A DNA stretch of 64,000 nucleotides. Source: a virus (taxonomy: Duplodnaviria > Caudoviricetes). Positions 30,067 through 39,919 of the stretch are shown here, piece by piece; the first letter of the stretch is position 1, and every line of letters begins with the position of its first letter. The notes beneath the pieces are model-generated. The model made no database searches. It saw only the letters and a list, made by a program, of their open reading frames with translations, and was not told where the DNA came from. Where the stretch lies: IMG/VR virus record IMGVR_UViG_3300026549_000030, positions 128,001 to 192,000 of that record, one strand, 5' to 3'. The position numbers were made by a program, and so were the translations under genes.

Positions 30067-31685
30067 AATATCGACAGTAGGCTTTTCATACTCTTTGTCT
30101 TTGGGTGTCCTACTGTTTTTTTCACCATTGGCTTATATTTTGGCTTAGGCTTGAACTCAGCACTCATAAGCGTAGAGTTGTCAAGGACTATACTTGCATC
30201 CGTCTTTAGTGTATTGTTGTCGCTCGTAATCGGCTGCGTTGATAATGGCTTATGCACAGTAGAGACAAAAGGACGTTTATCAGCAATCGTACCTCTTTTG
30301 ACATGCTTTGTGCTAAGCCAGTTAAAGTAATCGCTCTTATATGTTGTCTTTGATAGATATTTGAATTTCTCACCACCATTTTTCCACAGAGCATAATTGA
30401 ACGATAATTGATCCCTATGACTGCCAACCAACAATTCAGACCACCAATCCTCCATTAACTTTATGCATACAGGGTCATTATGCTTGCGAAGCATAATGTT
30501 TGTCTGAACAAGCCCGTAGTCGGAAGGGAAACCCTCTTTCTTATATCTTTCCATTTGTGGATCAATATTTGCCGCTACGTCTTTCTTCATTCTCTTACAT
30601 ATTTCGGCTTCCCTATAAATGCATTTTCTTTGAGGGTGTTCAGGAATGAATACAACGTCGTCAGTATTGCATTCTTTTTCTATAAATTTGTTTATGTCGC
30701 CACGAATATCGACAACGCCGTCAACCCATAATGAAACCTCATACTCTGGAAGAACCTTATGCGCGTTGATTTTAACATATCGCTGCTGTTTAACTCTTGA
30801 TAAATCTTTTACCTCCAGCGGCATCTTACGAATTTCCCATATTCCTCCGCCGTTTAAATTTTCATCATCAGTAAAGCAAACATAGTCGAAATTAGGCTCT
30901 ACCTTTATATTAGTTAACAGGTTATCGTATCCACCCGTTATGCACGTGTAGACTACGTTCTTATTAACACCATCCTCTCCCCATGTTTTTTTATACCTAT
31001 TAAGCCATTCTTCCGGATTATATTCGTGCTTATTATGGATTGTTTCTTTTTCCTTTATCCAACTTCCACCGGAATAGTGTGTAACATATTTCTCAGACTT
31101 AATTTCTCTGTGCCTTAATTTAACACAGTCAAGATAGAACGATGCGCCCGTATCGAATCTATCTCCATTTCCGCCGAGCCCATGCATTTTGTTTTCATTG
31201 AAATAGTGTGCATTGTTGGCTTTGCAAATCTTCGTGTTTATAAAACATATATAAGGTAGAACCCTCTTTATCGTGGAACGTGGCTGAACAATGACTTCTC
31301 CTACGTACGCGCAGGATAAATCATACAAGTCAGAAACGTCGCCCAATAATAGTACATCGCTATCAAGAAGGATGAATGGCTCATTGTTCATTTCCATAAA
31401 CTTCTCAACAGAATAACAATGCTTAGCGCTGCCCCATCTGTTTAATTTTCCTGGGGATTTTAATCTTGAAGGATATTTCTGTAACCACTTATCAAAATCA
31501 ATAATTTGTCCATTGGTGTTGTCTATGTACACGAGATTATCACACCTATAGACAAACGGCTCCTTATCGCTGTTATCGAAAACATATATCTTAGAGTTCG
31601 GCGTAAATTTATTTACGCTCTTAACAAGACATTCTGTTAACAGCGGCGTATTATAATGTACAATTAGAAAATTAACCTTGTCCAT
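30063..31685 (-). CDS. Two-domain glycosyltransferase (GT2-like + DUF616-like)
   Basis: FLIVHYNT...FDNSD...LLDSDV, then [11 protein letters not shown]...YVCFTDD...HPQRKCIY...RDQLSFNY. Confidence 0.75.
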   Translation of the reverse strand: MDKVNFLIVHYNTPLLTECLVKSVNKFTPNSKIYVFDNSDKEPFVYRCDNLVYIDNTNGQIIDFDKWLQKYPSRLKSPGKLNRWGSAKHCYSVEKFMEMNNEPFILLDSDVLLLGDVSDLYDLSCAYVGEVIVQPRSTIKRVLPYICFINTKICKANNAHYFNENKMHGLGGNGDRFDTGASFYLDCVKLRHREIKSEKYVTHYSGGSWIKEKETIHNKHEYNPEEWLNRYKKTWGEDGVNKNVVYTCITGGYDNLLTNIKVEPNFDYVCFTDDENLNGGGIWEIRKMPLEVKDLSRVKQQRYVKINAHKVLPEYEVSLWVDGVVDIRGDINKFIEKECNTDDVVFIPEHPQRKCIYREAEICKRMKKDVAANIDPQMERYKKEGFPSDYGLVQTNIMLRKHNDPVCIKLMEDWWSELLVGSHRDQLSFNYALWKNGGEKFKYLSKTTYKSDYFNWLSTKHVKRGTIADKRPFVSTVHKPLSTQPITSDNNTLKTDASIVLDNSTLMSAEFKPKPKYKPMVKKTVGHPKTKSMKSLLSIF

Positions 31686-32847
31686 TTAACTCTTCCTCCG
31701 TGAAATACTCATCTTCAATTATGCCCCTCTCAGATTGCTTTTGACGAATATCATATTCGAAAGAAGAATAATCATCTTCGTATTTAGACTTTTCAACAAG
31801 TTTTGACAGTTCTTCCCTTCCAAGTTTTGTCCTGACAAACACTTCCCGTAATAATTCATTAAATTCATTATCTGGGAGTGAACATAAATTCATAATAAAT
31901 GTTGGAAGAACCTTTGTATCCCCTGAGACTGTATCAGAAATATAATCCCAAAGAACAGGACCTAGACGTGAGTACCAAGGGTCGTTCACAATGGCGTCAG
32001 CCTTGTTAATTGCAGCTTCTGCGCGTGAAATGTCGTCAGGTAATCCATGAGAAGCCCATAGTTCTAAGCAGCCACGAAGAATTTCTATAATAAGAATCGG
32101 CGCTATTACGGCGTGAGCCTCAATCCTCGGAGGAGTAACATCATTTCCGAGCATAACATTCACGTATCCGCCCTGTTTATGTGAATTATCTTCAATTTTG
32201 AATGGCTGAGCAAAGATAAGATAATCGTTTATTTTTATTATCTTGCTGTAAAGGTGTGGAAGCTCCTCGTCAAGTTCGAATATTGCACTAAGACTGTTCT
32301 TGAGCGCAACTTCAGCAAGACGCATTGCGCCGCCGACAATCAGCGCATCCGTTACTATTCTTTTATTCGTATCAGAATCTTCCGCCTCAATAGCGGCATA
32401 ATTTTCATATTCAAAATTTTCGTCCGTATCTGGCTCAATATGGAATTGCGTCCTGCTTGAAATTTCAGGAACAAGCTCACATTCAAATTCAACCCCGTCC
32501 CGTGGGATATCAAATAGCTCGATAACGGAGTTCATACAAATTTTTTCAAGTTGGTCACGAAGATTCTCTTCTTTTCTTAAACATTGCGCATAAAGCTTGT
32601 TCAGCTTTGTCATAACTTCCTTGTTATCATAAGAAGCTATGTCGTCAGAAAAAACATCTTTAACCTCGTTGAATCTTTTTCCAAGAACGTCAAGAATAAG
32701 CCCATCGTTCGGGAAACACGGATTACCGTTAAATGGCGTTTTACCACACTTTACATCGCTAAATAGGTGCGAAGGAATTTGTACCCTTGCACCTAGTGCC
32801 TCATTTATAATCCGTTGTTGTTTCTCGGTTACGATTACTCTTTTCAT
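31672..32847 (-). CDS. Tagged putative internal head protein, unknown function
   Basis: Start ATG 32847, MKRVIVTEKQQRIINE. Confidence 0.65.
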   Translation of the reverse strand: MKRVIVTEKQQRIINEALGARVQIPSHLFSDVKCGKTPFNGNPCFPNDGLILDVLGKRFNEVKDVFSDDIASYDNKEVMTKLNKLYAQCLRKEENLRDQLEKICMNSVIELFDIPRDGVEFECELVPEISSRTQFHIEPDTDENFEYENYAAIEAEDSDTNKRIVTDALIVGGAMRLAEVALKNSLSAIFELDEELPHLYSKIIKINDYLIFAQPFKIEDNSHKQGGYVNVMLGNDVTPPRIEAHAVIAPILIIEILRGCLELWASHGLPDDISRAEAAINKADAIVNDPWYSRLGPVLWDYISDTVSGDTKVLPTFIMNLCSLPDNEFNELLREVFVRTKLGREELSKLVEKSKYEDDYSSFEYDIRQKQSERGIIEDEYFTEEELNGQG

Positions 32848-32849
32848 AA

Positions 32850-33152
32850 TTAACGAATGTCGCCCTTCTTGAAAACAGTGCAATTCTTTTTGAGGTTGGC
32901 TAATTTTGCCTCCTGAATTTGTTTCTTTGTAACAAATTTTCCCTCAGTCAGGTCAGCGCCATCAACGCTTAATTTCACATTCGTACCGCTTCCAACCTTA
33001 GAGACGATGTTGTTGTACTGAGTTTTGAGTCCCGCCGTACTGACAGTTCCATTAGCGTCTGGCTGAGCGTCAACGGTAAGCTCGTTGCTCTGCTCCGTAA
33101 TTCTTTCTTTTAACTGAGCCAACTGCTCTTCTGTAATGTGTATGCTTTTCAT
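32850..33152 (-). CDS. Tagged small putative internal head protein
   Basis: MKSIHITEEQLAQLKERITE. Confidence 0.65.
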   Translation of the reverse strand: MKSIHITEEQLAQLKERITEQSNELTVDAQPDANGTVSTAGLKTQYNNIVSKVGSGTNVKLSVDGADLTEGKFVTKKQIQEAKLANLKKNCTVFKKGDIR

Positions 33153-33157
33153 TTCTG

Positions 33158-33886
33158 TTACTTTTTACTTCCGTTAATTTGTGTTTTACCCTTCCAAGCT
33201 TTCGGGGTTTCCTTCGGGACTTTCTTATCGCTCACTTCCTTAGGACGTTTCTCGTCAGTGCAAGCGTTCATAAGTTCCATAAGAGATTTCTTCGTATACT
33301 TCTCCTCATTAACGGGCTGCTGCATATCCATAGGCTTATCGTCCATAGGAATTTCTTCGTCACCGACAGTTGGCTCTTCTACTGGCTCTTCCTCTGTTTC
33401 GTCCGATGAAGCGGAATTTATTTTCTCAATCAATTCCTTCTTAGCCTTTTCATCAAGATTCTTGCAAGCCGCTGAAATTATCATACTTGCAACATATTTT
33501 GATAATCCTGCGTCAGGGCCCTGTTCATTATTGAATGAATTGAGGGACTGAGAAAGCTTCCCTGTCAATTGCTGAATGTAATGCTTAGGGTCCGTTTCCT
33601 CGTCAGCCTCAACACCTGCGTCAAAATTCGTATCGAACTGATTGCTTGCTCCATCGTCAGTCATTTGTGCATTCGGATCCATTGAAGGATCGATAGGAAC
33701 GCCCGCAGGGTCTCCCGTTGGGCCCGTAGGTCCCATTGGCACTGCTGCCGTCATAGGGTTTTCCTCAGGCATTGGAGGCATAGACGATTGTGCGTTACCA
33801 ACCTTGATAACCTTCCTGTTCTCTCTCAGAACTTTGTCTATGATAGAGAGAATTTGCCCCTCCTTTATCTGTATCTTTTCGCTCAT
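33158..33886 (-). CDS. Tagged acidic/Pro-rich putative head core protein
   Basis: MSEKIQIKEGQILSIIDKVLRE; TATTTATT upstream. Confidence 0.65.
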   Translation of the reverse strand: MSEKIQIKEGQILSIIDKVLRENRKVIKVGNAQSSMPPMPEENPMTAAVPMGPTGPTGDPAGVPIDPSMDPNAQMTDDGASNQFDTNFDAGVEADEETDPKHYIQQLTGKLSQSLNSFNNEQGPDAGLSKYVASMIISAACKNLDEKAKKELIEKINSASSDETEEEPVEEPTVGDEEIPMDDKPMDMQQPVNEEKYTKKSLMELMNACTDEKRPKEVSDKKVPKETPKAWKGKTQINGSKK

Positions 33887-33932
33887 ACTATATTAACAAT
33901 ATACTATTCTCCAATAAATACAACCAAAAAAG

Positions 33933-33955
33933 AAAAAAGCCGCACGAATGCGGCT
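33933..33955 (-). terminator. Intrinsic terminator
   Basis: AGCCGCA-CGAA-TGCGGCT with a T tract on the minus strand. Confidence 0.75.
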
Positions 33956-33980
33956 CATTTTCAGTATTGTTTAAGTTAGA

Positions 33981-35576
33981 TTAGTTCTTCTTAAGAGACT
34001 CTTTAAGCTGTGAAAGAACCTTGTCTGTCAGGTTGCTTACGAGCTCGTCGAAAGGCTTTCCGTCGCCGATTTTCTGTCCGTAAGGCTGCTCACCCTTTGC
34101 AGACTCGTCGTTCCAGTCTTTCTTTGCTGTTCCTGCAAGAACCTCCTTGTTGTCAGGAGTTGTCATAGGTTCCTTGCGGAAACGAGGGTGCTTTCCCCAA
34201 GCGTCAAGCTTAGTAACCTCTTCCCTGACAATCTTCTCGATAGCCTCTTCGAGGGTGAGAGTTTTCTTCGCGGGCTTCTTGCTTTCAGTTAACTTGCGAT
34301 ACACGTCCTTTGTGATTGATACGATAGCCTCGTTAAGTTTATCCCAAGACTGTGCAGGAAGCTTTTTCTCACCATTGTAACCATATTCGTAGTTCTTCAT
34401 GGTATCCTCGTCGCCCTGTTTTGTAGGCTCGTTTACGTTTCCGTCCTCTTCATTGATTCTCTTCCACTCTTCGCCCTTCTCGTCACCAACACCGTTATTG
34501 GTTCCATTGATAGGATTGTTCTCCTTGTCGAGAATAGCGTTGTCGCCAGTAATTGCGTCAGCATCCTTTGAACCTTCTACGAAATTCTTCTCAAATTCCT
34601 CGAGAAGCTCGTCGAATGATTGCTCAGGCTCATTGTCGATACCTGCAACGTCTCCGCCAACCTCTGTGTTGTCAAAATCAGAATCTGTAAGCTCTGCGCC
34701 TTCCTCTCCGCCAAGCTCAGGCTCGATTTCAGTTGAACCAAGCTCTTCTTCGCCTGTGCCGAAGTCGTCTGCATTAATGTCATCAACAGGAGTTTCCTCG
34801 CCTGCAGTAACGTCAAGAGTAGGGTCTAATTCGCAAAGTCCCTCGTTCATCTTAACAGCCTTTGCACCCTTAGGATCCTTGTCAGCAACACCGTCGCCTT
34901 CGAGGTCGTCGTGTGCGTCCTTGTAATCCTTATCAGAGCCGCTGTTAGCACTCTTCATCTTATCTGATTGAAGGTCTTCCTCAACGCCCTTAACGTCCTT
35001 GTTCTCGGTAGCACCCTCAACGGTTCCGTTGAACTTAGGGTCCTTGTCGAGCTTAGCCTCAGTCTTCTCTGTGAAAGGATCGTTGTTCTTCACAGTGTTG
35101 TCACCTGTTGACTTGCCCTTTGACTCAGGGTCGCAGATGCAGTTCTTTCCGATTGTGCAGGAATTCTCGAAAATCTGATTCATTCTGTCGATTTCCTTCC
35201 TTGCATCCTCGGTTAGCATAGCGAAAACCTTCTCGCTGCGGTTAACGTCAACGGTAGAAGTCTTCTCATGCTTGCCATAAGCCTCATTGAGTGACATAAG
35301 TTTGAACTCAAGCTGCTTAGTAGCCTTATTGTAATCGGTGAATTCGTTTTCCTTACGGTTATTGAAACCACCGATATAATCGTAAGACTCAGAGATATTT
35401 TCCTTACCAACCTCAGTTGTCTTAATGTAGTACTTGGTGCCTTCCTTAAGAATTCCGTACACCTTTCCGTCAGCGCCGTTTGCGTGATACTCTATGTTGC
35501 TGGAAACTTTCTTCTCAGGGGCTCTGTACTCCATGAGGAAATTCATTCTAGCTACCTGGTCTTCGTATTTTGCCAT
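33981..35576 (-). CDS. Acidic scaffold-like head protein
   Basis: Shares DW...G..P..KGD.KPF with the scaffold; many xNE/LxE sites; TATTTATA upstream. Confidence 0.6.
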   Translation of the reverse strand: MAKYEDQVARMNFLMEYRAPEKKVSSNIEYHANGADGKVYGILKEGTKYYIKTTEVGKENISESYDYIGGFNNRKENEFTDYNKATKQLEFKLMSLNEAYGKHEKTSTVDVNRSEKVFAMLTEDARKEIDRMNQIFENSCTIGKNCICDPESKGKSTGDNTVKNNDPFTEKTEAKLDKDPKFNGTVEGATENKDVKGVEEDLQSDKMKSANSGSDKDYKDAHDDLEGDGVADKDPKGAKAVKMNEGLCELDPTLDVTAGEETPVDDINADDFGTGEEELGSTEIEPELGGEEGAELTDSDFDNTEVGGDVAGIDNEPEQSFDELLEEFEKNFVEGSKDADAITGDNAILDKENNPINGTNNGVGDEKGEEWKRINEEDGNVNEPTKQGDEDTMKNYEYGYNGEKKLPAQSWDKLNEAIVSITKDVYRKLTESKKPAKKTLTLEEAIEKIVREEVTKLDAWGKHPRFRKEPMTTPDNKEVLAGTAKKDWNDESAKGEQPYGQKIGDGKPFDELVSNLTDKVLSQLKESLKKN

Positions 35577-35647
35577 ATTTTTTTATTTATTATCGTCGTT
35601 TATTTTTATATAAATACGCTTTGCTCGTCAAAAAACACTTATTGTGT

Positions 35648-36553
35648 TTATTTTATGGAATATATCTTATCGTAAGTTTTCGATTTAACGTCAGCAAGAC
35701 GCTCGATATAACGGAAACGCCTTAGGCACTTGAAGATTATATTGCCGACAGACATTTCTCCGCCCTTTTTGAGAGATTCCCTTCTCATTGATTTTATCTT
35801 ATCGAACAACGCCTTAGCTTTATTCGCAGTCTGTTCCGCATCGTACTCGCCGCTATCGTTGTCGCACTCGTCTTCAAGCTTTTCAATTGCCTTCATAAAT
35901 TTGAACACCTTTTCTTTAATAAGGAATTTATCAAGCTTGATAGCCTTTATATTGTCTGGTTCTGGTTCCTTTATCCATTCATTTCTTTCGAGAGAATAGA
36001 TACCGCTTGCAGCGTGTTCCTCATTGGTGTCCTGAACATAAACCTCCACAGGAAATCCGTAGATTTTCAAATTCTCGTGCTTTTCATTCCAAAGATTCTT
36101 CTTAGAATCAAAATAATCCTTTACAAAGTTAGTCCTATCATCAACTTTCTTGAAATCCATTAAAATATGAAGATCAAAATCAGAAAACTTACTCCAATTG
36201 TAATTTGCGAGACTTCCTGTCAAAATGATATCGTCCGGCTTCACCCAGTCAACCTCAAGAGAGGAAATGAAGTCGTCGGCAATATCGAGGAGGCGAAGTC
36301 GCACGCGTGAATTAAGTTTTCCGTTAACCCAAACCTTAGGGTGAAGTTGTTTCTGCGGCTTAAAGGAAGATAAATCGAAGCCGGGATTGAGTAAGTCCCT
36401 TTTCTTAAAAGAATACTCAACAGTCTCTTCCCTTTCAGGAATACTGTCTATATCTTCATAAATGACATGGCAATATTCACCAAGCCGCTCGCCCGTTAAT
36501 TTGTACTTAGGGCAGGCGGCTGCGTCGAAGATATTGCCATTCTTATTAGTCAT
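35648..36553 (-). CDS. Pol-beta-superfamily nucleotidyltransferase
   Basis: LTGSLANYNWSKFSDFDLHI (GS...DxD) and a third acidic residue in VEVYVQD. Confidence 0.8.
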   Translation of the reverse strand: MTNKNGNIFDAAACPKYKLTGERLGEYCHVIYEDIDSIPEREETVEYSFKKRDLLNPGFDLSSFKPQKQLHPKVWVNGKLNSRVRLRLLDIADDFISSLEVDWVKPDDIILTGSLANYNWSKFSDFDLHILMDFKKVDDRTNFVKDYFDSKKNLWNEKHENLKIYGFPVEVYVQDTNEEHAASGIYSLERNEWIKEPEPDNIKAIKLDKFLIKEKVFKFMKAIEKLEDECDNDSGEYDAEQTANKAKALFDKIKSMRRESLKKGGEMSVGNIIFKCLRRFRYIERLADVKSKTYDKIYSIK

Positions 36554-36936
36554 TAACTAAGAGTCTCAAGATATTTCCACTTATAAATCTTTGAAAGGAA
36601 ATCGTCGGTAACGTTGTAGATTCCGCCGTATCCGTGTTCACCACCAATGGAGTCAATGAACTTATTCACATCTTTCTCCAATTCGTCAAGAATACCACTT
36701 AGTTCAGAAGCCTCTGGGAGCATAGTCTTCAAATCTCCCTTACCAAACTTTTCCCCAAGTTTACCCATAACTACTTCGGCGAGTTCGTCCTCAAACTCGA
36801 GAACACCCTCGTCAATTTCATCAGTAAGGATATGCCTTGAATGGTTGTCTGTTGACCAGTGTAACTCTTTAAGAGTCTGGTGATATCCTTCCAAGCTTCT
36901 AAGAAGCTCCAACGCGTTTTCTTTTGTAAGTGCCAT
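36553..36936 (-). CDS. Ferritin/Dps-like four-helix-bundle protein
   Basis: LKELHW...RHILTDE...FEDELAE and final KYL pattern of Dps-like phage proteins. Confidence 0.65.
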   Translation of the reverse strand: MALTKENALELLRSLEGYHQTLKELHWSTDNHSRHILTDEIDEGVLEFEDELAEVVMGKLGEKFGKGDLKTMLPEASELSGILDELEKDVNKFIDSIGGEHGYGGIYNVTDDFLSKIYKWKYLETLS

Positions 36937-36942
36937 AATAAA

Positions 36943-37305
36943 TTAGTTTATAACGTAAATGACAGCCCTTTCACCCTCAGTATAAGGGTCTTCTGACTGA
37001 TATTTTCTCTGCACGATTTCAGCCCTCTTTCCGAACACTCTGATATCGTCGATAAGTTCGTCAAGATTAAGAGTTCCCTCTGTATTTCCGAATGCACCCG
37101 TTTTCTGGGTTATAAGGTAAAGCGTTCCACGCCCCGTTTTTGAAGGGCGCTGCTGTTTGATAATCCAACCGTTGCGTTCGATAACATCATTCACCGTAGG
37201 ATTCGGAATTTCCTTATCGGAAGGGACGTGTGCCATATAAAGCTTATTTAGAAGCCCTTCCCTCAATATTGTCTTAAATGCCTTTTCGTCAATCGTTATG
37301 TTCAT
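36943..37305 (-). CDS. Tagged hypothetical late protein
   Basis: Start ATG 37305, MNITIDEKAFKTILRE; TATTTATG upstream. Confidence 0.6.
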   Translation of the reverse strand: MNITIDEKAFKTILREGLLNKLYMAHVPSDKEIPNPTVNDVIERNGWIIKQQRPSKTGRGTLYLITQKTGAFGNTEGTLNLDELIDDIRVFGKRAEIVQRKYQSEDPYTEGERAVIYVIN

Positions 37306-37369
37306 AATGATACATTTTACTATCATAAATACATTTAAATTGCGAATAGTTGCGTATTTATTTGTGAAA

Positions 37370-38176
37370 ATGGCGAAACAGTATCCATACGTAAACTTTC
37401 ACGATTACACGTACTTAAACGCGAACGGCTATCTGCAGAAATTCAGGAATGCACTTGGCAGAAGTTACCTTGACCGTGCGACGCTTACAAAACTCTTGAA
37501 AGTTATCAACAAGGATTTCAAGTTAGTTGGCTTCATAGTCCCAGATTATAAGGGGAATTACGCGCTCTATAACAAGAATACGCTTAACAACCTACTCGGA
37601 ATTGACGAAACAGGATATGAGCATACAAAGCCCGAGCATAACAAATACCTACAAATCCTCGAAAGGTACCTTGAAAGATGGGAAGCTATGGATTTTGAGA
37701 AGGAAAGAACGGACTATGAGGAAGAGCCTGAGGAGGACGAAATGGAACGAGTTTCGCGTGAGCTAATAGATTACGACAATCTCAACGAGAACAAAATGGG
37801 AAGAAAAATTTACATAACCGAATCTCAGTATAATAGAATTATCAGTGAGGGAATCGAGGTAGCAAAATATTCCGTAGAGCCCGATAAGGTTAAAGTTGTT
37901 AAAGAATTCCTTGACAATAACTTTATTAAAGGCGGAATTGCTGCAATAGGGGAGGACGGATATCCTTCAACAACGCCAATCGTTGCTCTCAAGGGTACCG
38001 ACGGAAAACCAGCAAGGAACATGTCAGACAAGCAGGCATTCGAACTCCTCAAAGATAAATTTGGAAAGATATATTCAGATAAAATTCAAGCAAATAAATT
38101 CCTTGCTCAGATACTCAAGGATTGGTATTATGATAGAATCAGCAAACAAGGGTTGCTAAGCGTAAACAGATATTAA
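37370..38176 (+). CDS. Late protein with internal targeting tag (two-module fusion)
   Basis: Start ATG 37370; internal LNE-NKMGRKIYITESQYNRIISE; TATTTATT upstream. Confidence 0.65.
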   Translation: MAKQYPYVNFHDYTYLNANGYLQKFRNALGRSYLDRATLTKLLKVINKDFKLVGFIVPDYKGNYALYNKNTLNNLLGIDETGYEHTKPEHNKYLQILERYLERWEAMDFEKERTDYEEEPEEDEMERVSRELIDYDNLNENKMGRKIYITESQYNRIISEGIEVAKYSVEPDKVKVVKEFLDNNFIKGGIAAIGEDGYPSTTPIVALKGTDGKPARNMSDKQAFELLKDKFGKIYSDKIQANKFLAQILKDWYYDRISKQGLLSVNRY

Positions 38177-38203
38177 AAAACACGCTCGATTGAGCGTGTT
38201 TTT
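38175..38203. terminator. Bidirectional terminator
   Basis: A6-CACGCTC-GATT-GAGCGTG-T5. Confidence 0.85.
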
Positions 38204-38205
38204 CT

Positions 38206-39276
38206 TTAATCCCCGTAATATTTTTTCAACCAAGCCTTGTATTCTCCACTTTTTACTTTCTTCACCCATTCCTGATTTTCAATGTACCACTTAACTGTCT
38301 CTTCGATTGATTGCTCAAAGGTGTGTTTCGGTTCCCACCCAAGTTCATTCGTTATCTTGGTATGGTCGATATCATATCGAAAATCGTGGGACTTACCGCG
38401 AGGATCCTTGATAAACTTTATCTGCTTTCTGAAATCAACAGTCTTATCTTCTGTGTAGTATTTCGCTACTTCAAGAATCAAGTGCTCAATAATTTCGATA
38501 TTCTGTTTGCAGGCGTCCCCGCCAATGCAATAGAGCTCACCCGGCGTTCCCTTGTGAACAAGCAAGTCGATAGCGTCAGCAATATCGTGAACGTTAGTCC
38601 AATCACGCATTTGCTTTCCTTCTCCGTACACGGGGATATCACCTCCGTTGATAAGCCTGTCAATAACGAGCGGAACGAGTTTCTCGGGGAATTGGTTTGG
38701 ACCAATAGCATTACCACACGCAAGGTTAATTACAGGAAGCCCGTATGCTTCGTAGTATGTCTTTCCGAACATAACCGCAGCAGTCTTTGACGTGCTGTAC
38801 GGACTATGAGGGTCTAACGGAGTTTTCTCACTGAATGGCTCGTCGTCAACGCCAAGTGCGCCGAAAATCTCGTCGGTACCCATATTAAGGAAAACGTGCG
38901 AGGACAAATCGTCCTTCCAATATTTCAGTGCGGCGTTCAGAAGATTCAACGTTCCCATTATATTCGTCTCTGCGAACAGCGTAGGGTTAAGCATACTTCT
39001 GTCAACGTGGCTTTCAGCCGCGAGGTGGATAACGTCCGTAATTCCGTATTTCTCAAATGCTTCCTCGATTTTCTTCTTGTCTTTCACAATGTCCAGCATA
39101 ACCATTTCATAATTCTTTTCACGATAGATATCGTTAAGATTTGAGATGTTTCCCGCGTATGTTATACTGTCAAGATTGTAAATCTTATAATTAGGATACT
39201 TTTGTACAAAATGCCTTACAACGTGGGAGCCAATGAATCCATAGCCACCAGTAATTAGTATTCTTCTTTTTGCCAT
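38206..39276 (-). CDS. rmlB: dTDP-glucose 4,6-dehydratase
   Basis: ITGGYGFIGS, HLAAESHVDRS, TDE, YSTSK, QFPEKLVP, HDFRY. Confidence 0.93.
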   Translation of the reverse strand: MAKRRILITGGYGFIGSHVVRHFVQKYPNYKIYNLDSITYAGNISNLNDIYREKNYEMVMLDIVKDKKKIEEAFEKYGITDVIHLAAESHVDRSMLNPTLFAETNIMGTLNLLNAALKYWKDDLSSHVFLNMGTDEIFGALGVDDEPFSEKTPLDPHSPYSTSKTAAVMFGKTYYEAYGLPVINLACGNAIGPNQFPEKLVPLVIDRLINGGDIPVYGEGKQMRDWTNVHDIADAIDLLVHKGTPGELYCIGGDACKQNIEIIEHLILEVAKYYTEDKTVDFRKQIKFIKDPRGKSHDFRYDIDHTKITNELGWEPKHTFEQSIEETVKWYIENQEWVKKVKSGEYKAWLKKYYGD

Positions 39277-39279
39277 ATA

Positions 39280-39864
39280 TTAAAACGGATTTTCGATTTC
39301 TTTTAACGGTTTATGCAACTTATCCTTTGGTGATAGGATTGCGTCCTTAATATCAATCCACTGATTCCAAGGAATCGCAATGACAGGATCGTCCCAAGCA
39401 ACGGCGCCCTCACTCTCCTTATTGTACAGATTATCGCACTTATATTGGAAAATAGTGTTATCCATTAGGGTTACAAATCCATGAGCGAAACCCCTCGGAA
39501 CAAAGAATTGCCTATGATTTTTCGCTGAAAGGAAAGCATAATAAAACAACCCATATGTTTCAGAATCTTTTCTTAAGTCAACAACCACGTCAATAACCGC
39601 GCCGCTTACAACGCGAACGAGTTTCGCCTGAGCATATGGGGGTTTCTGAAAATGAAGCCCGCGTAGAACGCCGTACGACGACTTGCTTTCATTATCTTGA
39701 ACAAATTTAACATCCGCCACCATTTCGCGGAACTTCTCTTCATTATAACTCTCAAAGAAATAGCCGCGTTCATCCTCGTAGATATCTGGAATAATCAGAA
39801 CCGGGCCTTCGCTACCTTTACTCTCATGAAACCTAATTACGTCCATCTTTTTTCTTTTAAACAT
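39280..39864 (-). CDS. rmlC: dTDP-4-dehydrorhamnose 3,5-epimerase
   Basis: DERGYFFE, FVQDNESKS, LRGLHFQ, PRGFAHGF, YKCD; real start 39864 or 39846. Confidence 0.93.
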   Translation of the reverse strand: MFKRKKMDVIRFHESKGSEGPVLIIPDIYEDERGYFFESYNEEKFREMVADVKFVQDNESKSSYGVLRGLHFQKPPYAQAKLVRVVSGAVIDVVVDLRKDSETYGLFYYAFLSAKNHRQFFVPRGFAHGFVTLMDNTIFQYKCDNLYNKESEGAVAWDDPVIAIPWNQWIDIKDAILSPKDKLHKPLKEIENPF

Positions 39865-39919
39865 ACATAAAAATTTTTCTATTTCAACGAAATATGTTAT
39901 ATTTGTAAAAAGTTTTAGT

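Noticed and set aside
34399-34926. Long Ser/Pro-rich antisense ORFs (also 51029-51640, 23916-24443, 28274-28783, 13790-14242)
   Set aside because: Shadow frames of acidic, codon-biased genes on the opposite strand; no independent promoter or motif support.
35648-36936. HEPN-MNT toxin-antitoxin pair
   Set aside because: The helical partner has a Dps/ferritin HW...H...D...E pattern rather than HEPN Rx4-6H, and the NTase is much larger than an MNT.
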